A DNA stretch of 64,000 nucleotides from an uncultured Gemmatimonadales bacterium (GTDB lineage: Bacteria > Gemmatimonadota > Gemmatimonadetes > Gemmatimonadales > GWC2-71-9). Below the pieces are notes generated by a model. It saw only the letters and a list, made by a program, of their open reading frames with translations, was not told the DNA's origin and did not search any database. A program made the translations under genes and the position numbers. Shown in pieces: positions 30,307 to 41,100 of the stretch. The stretch is taken from assembly GCA_963730185.1 (NCBI GenBank), contig CAVSQW010000003.1, positions 20,755 to 84,754 of the forward strand. Reading direction: 5' to 3'. How positions within the stretch are numbered: the first letter of the stretch is position 1; the number at the start of each line of letters is the position of its first letter.

Positions 30307-32043
30307 ATGAGGCGTGGCTCCTGGCAGCTCTCGGTCGGCGTGGGCACGGTGCTCGCGGCTTGTGGCGGGTCGCCGACCGGGGTGGTTCCGCCGCCCCCTC
30401 CGCCCCCTCCCGCGGCGCTCGACTGTAGCTCGGCGACGCCTCTCCAGCTCTCCCTCGGTGAGCACCAGGTGGTCGATCCGGCCGGCAGCGACGGCTGCGT
30501 CCGGGTGCCGGCCGCCGGCGCCAACGGGGCGGAGTACGTGGTGGTCGTCGCGTCGACGGCGTCGAACCGGACCCAGAACGGAGTCAGCGGACCGTACGTG
30601 ATCAAGGCCGGGAATCCGGGCGCCGCCTCGGCGCCGGCCGCGACGCCCTCGTTCGAGGTCGGGGACATCATCACCCCGGCGCCGACGGCCCAGCAGCAGT
30701 TCCATGACATGCTTCGGGCCCGCGAGGCGGAGCTTTCCCGGGATCGCGCCAACTTCGTCGTCTCGCCGCCCCAGGCCGCCACGATGGCCGCGCCGACGCC
30801 CCCGGTGGTCGGCGACGTCCGCACCTTCAAGACCTGCGCCAACCTGACCTGCACCAGCTTTGCGGACGTCACGGCCACCGCCCGCTACGTGGGCACCAAG
30901 GCCGCCATCTACATGGACAACACCGTCCCCCAGAACGACACCCTCCAGGCGCCCGACTACGTCGACCTGGGGACGACCTTCGACACCTATCACTATCCGA
31001 TCGACAACGCCGCGTTTGGGGCCGAGTCCGACGTGGACGGCAACGAACGGATCGTGATCCTGATGACGGACGCGGTCAACGCGTTGACGCCGGACTGCAC
31101 CAACGGCCGGGTGCTGGGATACTTCTTCGGCCTCGACCTGACCCTGTCCGGAAGCCAATCGGCCAACTCGAACAAGGCCGAGATCTTCTACACCTTTGTC
31201 CCGGCACCCGCCAAGGGCAACTGCCAGGAAATCAGCAGATCCGCGACCCTGAGCGCCATCAAGCCGACTCTGATCCACGAATTCCAGCACATGATCAGCT
31301 GGAACCAGCACGTCCTGGTCCGGGGCGGGTCGTCGGAGGAGACCTGGCTCAACGAGGCTCTGTCGCACTTCGCCGAGGAGCTGGGGGGGCGGGAGATCCC
31401 AGCTCAGGAATGCCCGTCACCGGTGCCTGGGCGGGACCCTTCGTGTCGGAGCCAGTACATTTCGTCAGACATCGTAAACGCCTATCAGTATCTACAGAGT
31501 CCCGAAAGCGATTTCCTGGTTTATCCGATCTCGTCCCAGGGCACGTTGCCGGAGCGGGGAGCCAGCTGGCTGTTTCTTCGGTGGCTGGTGGATCACTTCG
31601 CCCAGGATACGATCATCGGCAACGACTTCACCACCCGGATCGTCGAGACGCCGAACACCGGGGCGGCCAATCTGATCGCCGCTACCGGGGAGACCTTCGC
31701 GCGGATGGTCGTGGAGTGGCAGCTCGCGAACTATCTGGATGACGACAGCACCATCACCGCCCCGCTTTCGGACCGGCTTCGCTTCAAGAGCTGGGGTCTT
31801 CGGAGCATCTGGCTCGATTCGCGGAACGCGCAGATCTTCCCCAACGGCTTTCCGCTCCAGCCCGACGTGGTGAGCGGGTCGTACACCCACAGCGGCAGCC
31901 TCAAGGCGGGGAGCGGCCGCCACCTCCGGCTGGTCCAGGCCGCCAACGGCCCGGCGATCGACGTCCAGGTCAGGAAGAACGCGGCCGGCGACCCGCTCGA
32001 TCCGGCGCTCGCGGCTCGGATCGGGATCGTGAGGATCCATTAG
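30307..32043 (+). CDS. Secreted lipoprotein zinc metallopeptidase (M30-like)
   Basis: Lipobox LAAC, poly-Pro linker, HEFQH...WLNEALSHFAEE zincin motif; GGAGG RBS. Confidence 0.75.
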   Translation: MRRGSWQLSVGVGTVLAACGGSPTGVVPPPPPPPPAALDCSSATPLQLSLGEHQVVDPAGSDGCVRVPAAGANGAEYVVVVASTASNRTQNGVSGPYVIKAGNPGAASAPAATPSFEVGDIITPAPTAQQQFHDMLRAREAELSRDRANFVVSPPQAATMAAPTPPVVGDVRTFKTCANLTCTSFADVTATARYVGTKAAIYMDNTVPQNDTLQAPDYVDLGTTFDTYHYPIDNAAFGAESDVDGNERIVILMTDAVNALTPDCTNGRVLGYFFGLDLTLSGSQSANSNKAEIFYTFVPAPAKGNCQEISRSATLSAIKPTLIHEFQHMISWNQHVLVRGGSSEETWLNEALSHFAEELGGREIPAQECPSPVPGRDPSCRSQYISSDIVNAYQYLQSPESDFLVYPISSQGTLPERGASWLFLRWLVDHFAQDTIIGNDFTTRIVETPNTGAANLIAATGETFARMVVEWQLANYLDDDSTITAPLSDRLRFKSWGLRSIWLDSRNAQIFPNGFPLQPDVVSGSYTHSGSLKAGSGRHLRLVQAANGPAIDVQVRKNAAGDPLDPALAARIGIVRIH

Positions 32044-32134
32044 GGGCGCTCAGACGGGCGGGCGGCCAGCCGGGCAGAGGCGTTCGACCCGGCCTCTTGG
32101 TGGATCGGGGGGCCGGTTCGATCTTTCCGGGACC

Positions 32135-33019
32135 ATGCATCGGCTGTTCGCGCTCGTCCTCGTCGGCTCGACGGCGGTCGGCTCCGGGCTCGAGGCCCAG
32201 GAGCGGCCGCTGCCGGCCGTGCTGTCGTATCCGGCCAACGTGCGGTCGGCAGGGTTGGCGGGCGCGGGGGCGGCCATGATCGGCTACGCGGGATCGGTGT
32301 TCAACAACCCCTCGGGCCTGGCCCCGATCCGGAGCCTGAGCGTCGAGGCCGCGCTGGCCCAACGCCCCGACGGCCCGACCTACACCATGGGCGCCGCGGC
32401 CGTCCGCGTGGGCTCGTTCAACGTCGGGGGCGGCTACCAATACCTTCGGTTTCCGAAGGGCGGCCCCGTGTACGACAACCTCTCCTGGACCGGCGCGCTG
32501 GTGTACCGCTGGAGCGGGATCGCCTTCGGCTCGGCGGCCCAGTACGTGTCGGTGGAAGACTCCTCCGGTGCCATCAGTCGGGCGATCACCAGCGACCTCA
32601 GCACCACGGTCGCCTTCTTCGACATCGCGGCCCTGGCCCTGAGCGTCCAGAACGTCGGCGACGTGACCATTTCCAACCCCGGGCTCCGGTTGCCGCGGAC
32701 CGTCCACCTGGGGTTCAGTCTGAACTTGCTCGACACCTACTCCAACGGCCGGCTTCTCGCCACGATCGAAACGGTCTGGCGTCAGGGCGAGGAGCGGCGC
32801 ACCGTCGTCGGGGTGGAGGCGGGGGCCGTCTTCTACGGTCTCGGCGTGGTCGCGCGGGTCGGGACCGGTGGGGAGCCGGGCACGCCGGTCACCCCGTTCT
32901 CCACCACCACCTACGGCGGCAGCATCGTTGCCGGCAAGGCGCGGCTCGACTACGCCTATCAGAAGCAGAGCGCCCTCGGCCGAGGCGTGCATCTCTTCGG
33001 TATCCGCTGGACGCCGTGA
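32135..33019 (+). CDS. PorV/PorQ-like outer-membrane barrel protein
   Basis: Signal peptide; RSAGLAGA...SVFNNPSGLA plug motif; C-terminal LDYAY...LG.GVHLFGIRW. Confidence 0.65.
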   Translation: MHRLFALVLVGSTAVGSGLEAQERPLPAVLSYPANVRSAGLAGAGAAMIGYAGSVFNNPSGLAPIRSLSVEAALAQRPDGPTYTMGAAAVRVGSFNVGGGYQYLRFPKGGPVYDNLSWTGALVYRWSGIAFGSAAQYVSVEDSSGAISRAITSDLSTTVAFFDIAALALSVQNVGDVTISNPGLRLPRTVHLGFSLNLLDTYSNGRLLATIETVWRQGEERRTVVGVEAGAVFYGLGVVARVGTGGEPGTPVTPFSTTTYGGSIVAGKARLDYAYQKQSALGRGVHLFGIRWTP

Positions 33020-34104
33020 CCGGGAAACGGATCCTCATGGGCATCCTCGTGGCGGCCGTGCTGCTGTTCGCCGGGTTCGGCACGGCCTACGTAGCCAGCG
33101 CCGACGTGCGGTACCTGACTCGGGCGGGGCTGGAGCAGACCCGGATCCTCGAGCGGCGGGAGCCCCTCGAGCACCTGGTCGACGACCCCGCCCTCCCGGC
33201 CGCCGACCGGGCCTACCTCCGGCTGGTGATGGACGTCCGGACCCACGCCGCCGGTCTCGGTCTCAAGGCGGGCGACACCTACACCACTTATACGGACGTA
33301 GGCCGGGATACCCTGCTGCTCTCGCTCACCGCCTCCAAGCGGGACTGCATCTGCCCCAAGACCTGGAAGTACCCGATCGTGGGCCGGGTGCCGTACAAGG
33401 GTTTCTTCGATCCGGCCATGGGCGAGAAGGAAGCCGAGAAGCTGCGGGATCAGGGCGACGACGTCTGGCTCCGCCCCGCGGCCGCCTACTCGACCCTCGG
33501 CTGGTTCAACGACCCGCTGCTCTCGACCGCCATGGTGCGCGACTCGGTCGAGCTGGCGGCGCTCGTGTTTCACGAGATCGCCCACAACACCCTCTACGTG
33601 AAGAGCGCCACGCCCTTCAACGAGAGCTTCGCGCAGCTGGTGGGCTACCGGGCGGCGGAGCAGTTCTTCCGCCAGCGGGGCGACACCGCGCTGGCCGATC
33701 GGGCCGCGAACCGGTGGCTCGACGAGGTCGTCCTGGCCGGCTACTACAAGCGGTTGATCGACACCCTCACGGTCTTCTACGACACCAAGCCGAAAGGTCG
33801 GGCGCTGGAGGACGGGCGGAACCGGATCGCGGCGTGGTCCCGGCAGGAGCTCCAGGACGTCTACGGCCCCCGGCTCAGGACTTACCGGATCGGGCGGCTC
33901 ACGGATCGGCCGCTCAACAACGCCCAGCTGGTGGGGGTGCTGATCTACCGCACCCATCTGGATTGGTTCGAGCGCTGGTACCAGGCCAACCACGACGACA
34001 TCGCGGCGGCGGTGGCCAAGCTCCGGACCGTGGAAGAGGGTGCCTCGGGTGACGAGGCGTTCGCCCGGCTGGACCGAGCCCTCGCCGCCGACTCGACGTC
34101 CTAG
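33016..34104 (+). CDS. Putative zinc aminopeptidase (DUF2265-like)
   Basis: W.YPIVGRVPYKGFF, AYSTLGWFNDPL, FHEIAH, FNESFA, LNNA. Confidence 0.85.
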   Translation: MTGKRILMGILVAAVLLFAGFGTAYVASADVRYLTRAGLEQTRILERREPLEHLVDDPALPAADRAYLRLVMDVRTHAAGLGLKAGDTYTTYTDVGRDTLLLSLTASKRDCICPKTWKYPIVGRVPYKGFFDPAMGEKEAEKLRDQGDDVWLRPAAAYSTLGWFNDPLLSTAMVRDSVELAALVFHEIAHNTLYVKSATPFNESFAQLVGYRAAEQFFRQRGDTALADRAANRWLDEVVLAGYYKRLIDTLTVFYDTKPKGRALEDGRNRIAAWSRQELQDVYGPRLRTYRIGRLTDRPLNNAQLVGVLIYRTHLDWFERWYQANHDDIAAAVAKLRTVEEGASGDEAFARLDRALAADSTS

Positions 34105-37100
34105 ACCGCCACGCCGGTCAGGGCGTCCTCGACCCGCCGGAGCAGCTCGGCCGGGGTGAAGGGCTTCCGCACCACCGACGGGGTGTCCGGATCGGCCAGC
34201 CCGTTCCGGCCCAGGACACCGTCCGTGTGCCCCGACATGAACAGGACCCTGGTGCCGGCGCGAACCGCGGTGATCTTCGCGGCGACCTGCCGGCCGTTGA
34301 GCCCCGGCATGATCATGTCGCTGAGCAGCAGGTCGATCGGGTCGGGGAACCGCCCGGCGAGCGCGAGGGCCTCGTCGCCGTCGCGCGCCTCGAGGACCTG
34401 ATACCCCGCGCGCGCCAGGGTCCGGCAGACCAGCTGGCGGACGCCCTCCTCGTCTTCGACGACCATGACGACCCGTCCGCTGGACGGGGTCGGCGGCCGG
34501 GGCGGCCGGGCGTCCGGCAGGGTCGGCATCGGGCGGGGCGCCGTCGCTCGCGGCAGGTGGAGCCGGAAGATGGTGCCCTGACCGGCGTCGCTCTCGACGG
34601 CGATGTGCCCGCCGTTCTGCTTCACGATCCCGTACACCATCGCCAGTCCCAACCCGGTGCCCTTGCCGACGCCCTTGGTCGTGAAGAACGGCTCGAAGAG
34701 CCGGGCCCGGGTGTTGGCGTCCATCCCTTGGCCGGTGTCCGACACCCGGAGCATCACGTACTCGCCGGCCGGGACATCCTCGGCCAGCGAGTCCGTGGCC
34801 GTGATCAGCTCGGTGCCGATCGCGAGCCGTCCGCCGCCCGGCATGGCGTCGCGGGCGTTGACGGCCAGGTTGAGGAGGATCTGATCGAGCTGACCGTGGT
34901 CGGCCAGCACCCAGGCGGCCTCCGGCGCCAGCTGGAGGTCGACCTCGATGTCGGAGCCCAGGACCCGCTGGAGCATCCGGACGGCCTCGGCGCAGATCAC
35001 GTTCAGGTCGATGGTGCGACGCTTGGCCAGTTGTTGCCGGCTGAAAGCCAGGAGCTGCGCCACGAGCGACGTGGCCCGGTCAGCGGCGCGCTGGATCTCG
35101 GAGAGGTCGGCCTGGATCGGATGCTCCCGGTCCAGGGTGCCGGTCGCGAATTCGGCATGGCCCACCATCACGGTCAGCAGGTTGTTGAAGTCGTGGGCGA
35201 TCCCACCGGCGAGCCGGCCCACCGCCTCCATCTTCTGCGCCTGGCGGAGCTGCTGCTCCAGGCGCTGTTCGGTCTCCCGGGCCCGCTTCGCCTCGGTGAT
35301 GTTGGTGAGCGATCCCACGATCGCGACCGTTCGGCCGTCCTTCACGACCGGCGCCTCGTTGACCTCGACCCAGATCGGTCGGCCGCCCCCGCCCACCAGC
35401 TCGAGCTCGTAGGGCGGTTGCTTCTCCCCGGTCCGGATCGCCCGCTGGGTGGCGTCGACGCCCGCTTGGTTGGCCGGGTGCCGGGTCAGGAGGGTGGTCC
35501 ACCGGCCGGCGAGCTCGTCCGGATCCAGCCCGAAGAACTGCCGAGCCTGGGGGCTCACGTAGGTGAGGACGTTGTCGGGCGTGTGGGCGTAGAAGAGATT
35601 GGTGGTGTTGCTGAGCACCTCTTCGAGCCGCTGCTGCTGCCGCCGGGCCGCTTCCTCCGCCGCGATCCGCTCGGCCACTTCGCGCTCGAGCTCCACGTTC
35701 TTGGTGGCCAGGAGCACCGTGTGCTGCGCCACCAGGGTCTCCAGCCGTCGGTTGTCCCGCTGGAGGTGACGCTGCCGGAGCCAGGGGATCAGCGCGGCCG
35801 TGCCGGCCAAGGCCAGCCCGAGGAGGACTCGAAACCACCAGGTCTGCCAGAAGGCCGGCCGGACCACGAAGTCGAAGGCGGCCGGGGTCGGGCTGGTGAG
35901 GCCGTCGGCGTCGACGGCATTGACCTCAAAGGTGTAGTGTCGGGGCTCGAGGCCGCCGAAGCTGAGGCTCCGCTCGGGGGTCAGCTCGGACCACGCTTCG
36001 TCGGTGGGAAGCAGGCGATAGCGGAAGCGGAGCCTGCCGGGATCGCGGAAGCTGGGTGAGACGTACTGGATCCGAAGCACTCCACTCCGGAGCGACAGAG
36101 CCGAGCCGGAGGCCACCGGCCGGCCGCCGATCGACGCGCCGGCCACGTAGATCGGTGGCGGGACGGCCAGCGACGGCCCCGGGGCGTGGTGGTACCGGAG
36201 CACCCCCGACCCGGTGCCGAACCAGAGGTCGCCCTGCGGGTCTTCCCATGACGCCCCGGCGCTGCCCTCCAGGTCGATCAGGCCGTCGGCCCGCCCGAAG
36301 TGCTCGAAGGTGGTGCCGACCAGCCGGTCCAGACCCTGGCTGGTGAAGAGCCAGATCGCCCCGTCGCGGTCGGGAAGTACCTGCCAGACGAAGTCGTTGA
36401 CCAGCCCGTTCGCGGCGGTCAGCTGTCGCACGGCCCCGCGGTCGTTCACCGCCAGCACGCCGTCGCCGTTGGTGCCGATCCACATCACCCCGGCCGAGTC
36501 GGCCGCCATGGCCCAGATCGGCTGGTCGGAGAGGCCGTCAGCCGCGTCCAGCCGCTGGGACGTTCCGTCTGGGTCGCGGACCACCAGGCCACCCGACCGG
36601 CGCCCGACCCAGAGCCGACCCCGGTGATCGTAGGCCAGGGCGGTGACGAAGGCCCGACCGAGGACCGAGTCGGTCACGGTGGTGACCCGGCCGCGATCGT
36701 AGCGCGCCAGACCGGCGGCCGTCCCGATCCAGACGCCGCCGGCTGGGTCGGCCACCAGGCTGGTGACGAACTCGTCCGGCAACCCGTCGCGACGGTGGTA
36801 CACCTGGCGCACCCCGCCGTCGGATCGCGCCAGGCCCTGGCGCGATCCGATCAGCAGGCCCCCGTCCGGGAGCGCGGCCAGGGCGTAGATTCGCTGGTCG
36901 GGCAGGCCGCGGATCGGAACCGCTCGGAAGCCGTTGTTCTCGCGAACCGCGATCCCGTCCCGGGTCGCGACCCACATCCGCCCGGCCCGGTCGGCGGTAA
37001 TCGCTCTGACGAAGGCGTGGGGAAGACCTTCGCGGGTCGTGAATTGCTCGAACCCGCCGGGTCGGTACTTGCTGAGTCCGGTCTCGGTGCCGAGCCACAC

Positions 37101-38021
37101 GTTCCGTTCCCGATCGACGACGACCGCGTTGACCGCGTTGTCCGGGAGTCCGTTGCTTCGGGTCAGGAGCTGAGGGCCGGCCGCGGCCAGGCGGAGCACG
37201 CCGTTCCGGGTCGCGATCCAGAGGGTTCCGTCGCGGCTTCGCGCGGCGTCGACCGGCTCGAGCTCGTCGAGCCGGTCCGCTCCGGGGACCGGGGTCAGCC
37301 GATCGCCCGCGAGGACGAACAGCCCGTGCCCGGTGCCGACCAGCAGGCCGTCGGGGGTCGGCCGAAGCACGTGAATCGACTGGCCCCGAAGCTCGGGGTG
37401 GTCGTCGGTGACGAACCGGGCCCCGTCGAGGCGGGCCAGGCCGGCGGCGGTGCCGACCCAGAGGCGGCCCCGGCGGTCGCGCGCCACCCGAGCCACCTGG
37501 CGGGCCGGCAACCCGTCACGGACCGTGTAGGCCGTAACCCGGTCCCGGTCGTCCACGAAGGCCAGGCCGCCGTCGGTCGCCACCCAGAATCCACCCGGCT
37601 CCGGCAGCAAGTCGGCCACGTCCTGGTTGGGGAGGCCCGCCTGGGTGCCCAGACAGGAGAACGCCTGGGCCCGTCGGATGCAGACCCCGCCGCCAATCGT
37701 CCCCACCAGGAGTCGGCCTTGCCGGTCCTCGGCAATGGCCGCCACGGCCGTGGCGGAGAGCCCGTCCCGTCGGGTCCAGGTTTGGAAGCTGGTGCCGTCG
37801 AACCGGGTCAGCCCGCCGTAGGTTCCGAGCCAGATGAAGCCCAGGTGGTCCTGGTGGAGCGCCAGGACCTGGGCTTGGGGGATGCCTTGCGCCGCGTCGT
37901 AGTTGACGAAGTTGAGGACCTGGGCGGCGAGCACGGCCGGTGCCCCGGCCTGGAGCAGACCGGCGATCGCCACCCACAGGGTAGCGCGGCCCTGCGGTCC
38001 TCGTCGTTTCGTTCGCGTCAT
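34101..38021 (-). CDS. Hybrid sensor histidine kinase/response regulator with periplasmic beta-propeller and PAS
   Basis: Repeated D..G.LW.GT..GL propeller blades, TM, PAS, HDFNN H-box, NLAVNARDAM, FFTTK.GKGTGLGL, C-terminal receiver (SDMIMP, KPF). Confidence 0.93.
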   Translation of the reverse strand: MTRTKRRGPQGRATLWVAIAGLLQAGAPAVLAAQVLNFVNYDAAQGIPQAQVLALHQDHLGFIWLGTYGGLTRFDGTSFQTWTRRDGLSATAVAAIAEDRQGRLLVGTIGGGVCIRRAQAFSCLGTQAGLPNQDVADLLPEPGGFWVATDGGLAFVDDRDRVTAYTVRDGLPARQVARVARDRRGRLWVGTAAGLARLDGARFVTDDHPELRGQSIHVLRPTPDGLLVGTGHGLFVLAGDRLTPVPGADRLDELEPVDAARSRDGTLWIATRNGVLRLAAAGPQLLTRSNGLPDNAVNAVVVDRERNVWLGTETGLSKYRPGGFEQFTTREGLPHAFVRAITADRAGRMWVATRDGIAVRENNGFRAVPIRGLPDQRIYALAALPDGGLLIGSRQGLARSDGGVRQVYHRRDGLPDEFVTSLVADPAGGVWIGTAAGLARYDRGRVTTVTDSVLGRAFVTALAYDHRGRLWVGRRSGGLVVRDPDGTSQRLDAADGLSDQPIWAMAADSAGVMWIGTNGDGVLAVNDRGAVRQLTAANGLVNDFVWQVLPDRDGAIWLFTSQGLDRLVGTTFEHFGRADGLIDLEGSAGASWEDPQGDLWFGTGSGVLRYHHAPGPSLAVPPPIYVAGASIGGRPVASGSALSLRSGVLRIQYVSPSFRDPGRLRFRYRLLPTDEAWSELTPERSLSFGGLEPRHYTFEVNAVDADGLTSPTPAAFDFVVRPAFWQTWWFRVLLGLALAGTAALIPWLRQRHLQRDNRRLETLVAQHTVLLATKNVELEREVAERIAAEEAARRQQQRLEEVLSNTTNLFYAHTPDNVLTYVSPQARQFFGLDPDELAGRWTTLLTRHPANQAGVDATQRAIRTGEKQPPYELELVGGGGRPIWVEVNEAPVVKDGRTVAIVGSLTNITEAKRARETEQRLEQQLRQAQKMEAVGRLAGGIAHDFNNLLTVMVGHAEFATGTLDREHPIQADLSEIQRAADRATSLVAQLLAFSRQQLAKRRTIDLNVICAEAVRMLQRVLGSDIEVDLQLAPEAAWVLADHGQLDQILLNLAVNARDAMPGGGRLAIGTELITATDSLAEDVPAGEYVMLRVSDTGQGMDANTRARLFEPFFTTKGVGKGTGLGLAMVYGIVKQNGGHIAVESDAGQGTIFRLHLPRATAPRPMPTLPDARPPRPPTPSSGRVVMVVEDEEGVRQLVCRTLARAGYQVLEARDGDEALALAGRFPDPIDLLLSDMIMPGLNGRQVAAKITAVRAGTRVLFMSGHTDGVLGRNGLADPDTPSVVRKPFTPAELLRRVEDALTGVAV

Positions 38022-38126
38022 CCGCTCCCCCACGGCGGCGCCCCGGCCGGCTCCACGATGAGCCAGCCGGTGTCAGCACCCCATGTCCCAAGTATCGGCA
38101 GGGGAAGAGGTTTGTTTATCGGGGGG

Positions 38127-41100
38127 TTATCGAGCGGTTGTCGATGGTGGTCTGGAAGTCGGCGAGGGGGCTGGGGCGCCGGGGGGCGGGGCGGCCGCCG
38201 GCTCGGCCGGCTGGCGGAGTTCGGCCAGCCGAGCCTGGTAGCGGGCTACGCCGGCCAGCTTGACGGATTCGTAGCCCCGAATCAGGTCGGGGAGCGAGGC
38301 CACGGCGACGGCGTGCTCATAGCGGTCCTTGGCCAGGCTCGCGACCGTGTCGTCGATCAAGGCGCGATACTCGCCGACCAAGCGGCGCTCCAGCTTCCGG
38401 ATCGGATGGTAGCCGAAGGGGTCGAACGGGGTTCCCCGGAGCCCGCGGAGGCGGCGGAGCAGGCCGAGCGGGAAGTCGAACCACCGGCCGAGGGCGAGCT
38501 TCCGCTTGAGGCCGAGGCCCCGGAGCAGCGGCGGGTGGAAGCGGTAGGCCCGATCGGCTCCGGCGCCGAACCGGTTTGTGAGCTCCCGCCGGAACCCGGG
38601 GTCGAAGGCCAGCCGGGCTACCTCGTACTCATCCTTGTAGGCCATCAGCTGGTACAGGTACCGGGCGACCGCCCGGCTCAGTCGGAAGTCGGTCCCGAGC
38701 TCGCGTTCCCGGGCGGCCACCCGGCCGACCAGCTCGGTGTACTGCCGGGCATAGCCGGCGTTCTGGTAGGCGATGAGGTCGGGCACCCGGACTCGGAGCA
38801 ATCGCGCCAGCTCGCCGGTGGCGCCGATCGGATCGATCAGGGCCTTCGCGTCGGGACCGGGCTCGGGCTCGGGTGGGGCGGTGTCGCTGGCGGTTCCGCC
38901 CAGGGTGTCGGTCCAGGTCGGATCAATCGCCACCTGTCGCCCGACCCGGAAGGCCTGGACGTTCATCGCCACGGCGGTGCCGTTGAGCTCGATCGCCCGC
39001 TCGATGCTCGCCGCGGAGAGCGGCACCAGCCCTAGTTGGTAGGCGGCGCCCACGACCACCAGATTGGCCGGGAAGTGCGAGCCGAAGCACCGGTCGGCCA
39101 GCGTTTCGGCGTCGAGGTACAGGTTCCGGGCGGCGTCGGTGACGGCGTCGATCCGCTGGTGCAACGCGGAGTCGGCCGGGAACTCGACCGCCCGGTTCCG
39201 GACCATGAGCCCGGTGGGTACGTGGCTCGACGAGATCACCCCGACCGTGCGATCGGGACGGGCCCGGGTCAGGTGACGGGCGTCGCTCGCCGTCAGCACG
39301 TCGAACGCCAGGTAGGCATCGGCGGCGCCCACGCCCACCTTGTTGGACGACTGGTGGGCTCCCGCGGTGATCTTGCAGTGGGAGACGACGGCGCCGCCCT
39401 TCTGACTGAGACCGGTCTGGTCGAGGCAGCGGGCCCACTTGCCGTCGAGCAGCGCCGCGGTTCCCAGGATCTGGTTCACGGTCACCACGCCGGTCCCGCC
39501 GATGCCCATCAGATAGAGACTGCCCTCCGCCGGGGCCGGCCGCTCGGGCTCGGGCAGGTCGGGACCGATCGTAACCCGGGACGCCGGCCGGTTCCGGCCG
39601 ACGGTCGGATCGGGCGTCACCGTGACGAAGGCCGGACAGTCGCCCTCGAGGCAGGAGTAGTCGGTGTTGCACGACGACTGGTGGATCCGGGTCTTCCGGC
39701 CGAACTCGGTCGCCACCGGTTGGACGCTGAGGCAGTTCGACTTGACGCCGCAGTCGCCGCATCCCTCGCAGATCCGCTCGTTGATCACCACCCGCATCGG
39801 GCGTTCGGGCGCCAGCCCTCGCTTCCGGAGCCGGCGGAGGTCGGCGGCGCAGTGCTGGTCGTAGATCAGGGCCGTCACCCCGGACATCTCGCGGAGGAGG
39901 CGCTGGGCCTCGTCGAGCCGCTCGCGGGGCCAGACCTCCACGCCGGGCGCCAGGGTCACGCCATCGTACCGCTCCGGCTCGTCGCTCAGCACCAGGGTGC
40001 GGCGAACCCCCTCGGCCTCGAGCTCCCGGGTCAGCGCCGGCACCCCGAGACCGCCGTCGACCGGCTGGCCGCCGGTCATCGCGACCGCGCCGTTGTAGAG
40101 AATCTTGTAGGTGACGTTGCTGCCGGCCGCCACCGACTGGCGGATCGCCAGCGACCCCGAGTGGAAGAGGGTGCCGTCGCCGATGTTCTGGAAGAGGTGC
40201 GGCGTCTCGGTAAAGGGCGCGATGCCCACCCACTGCGCTCCTTCACCGCCCATCTGGGTGAAGCCGGCGCCGCTCCGCTCCATCGTGACGGCCATGCCGT
40301 GGCAGCCGATCCCCACCGCGGCGATCGACCCGTCGGGAACGACGGTCGAACGGTTGTGCGGACAGCCGGAGCAGAAGTACGCCAGCCGCTGCGCCGTCAG
40401 CCCCATCGGCTGGACGCTCGGGGGAACGACGGGGGCGAGCCGCGCCAGCCGGGCGTCGAGATCCTCGGCAGCGAGACGCTGGGCCAGCCGTCGGGCGAGG
40501 AGCGGCGCGATCACGTCGGCCTCGAGCTCGCCGTGGGCCGGAATGAGTCGCCCGCCCAGGTCGTCGGCCTTGCCGACCACCCGGGGGCGTTCGGTCTGGT
40601 GGTAGAGCGCGTCGCGAAGGAAGACCTCCAGGAAGGGCCGCTTCTCCTCGACCACCACGATCTCCTCCAGCCCCCGGGCGAACTCGCGGACCACGCCGGG
40701 CTCGAGCGGATAGAGCATGCCCACCCGGAGCAGCCGGATCCCGACCCGCTCCAGACCGGCGTCGTCGAAGCCGAGGCGGTGGAGCGCTTCCCGGACGTCG
40801 AGATAGGTCTTGCCGGCGGCGGCGATGCCCAGCCACGCGCCCGGCGACGAGACGGTGATCCGATTGAGGCCGTTCGCGGCGGCGAACCGCCGGGCCGCTT
40901 CGAGCTTGCCCTCGAATTGCTCCTCCTCCAGGGCCAGGTTGTACGGGGGGTAGAGCGCCTGGTTCTGGGTCGGCTGCCAGGGCTGGCCGCGGTACTCGAA
41001 GTCGGGGCGGATGAAGCGTCCCTGTTCCGCCGACACGGCAACCGTCGCGAACTCGTCGGCCACGTTGGTCACGATCTTGAAGCCGACCCAGAGCCCCGAA

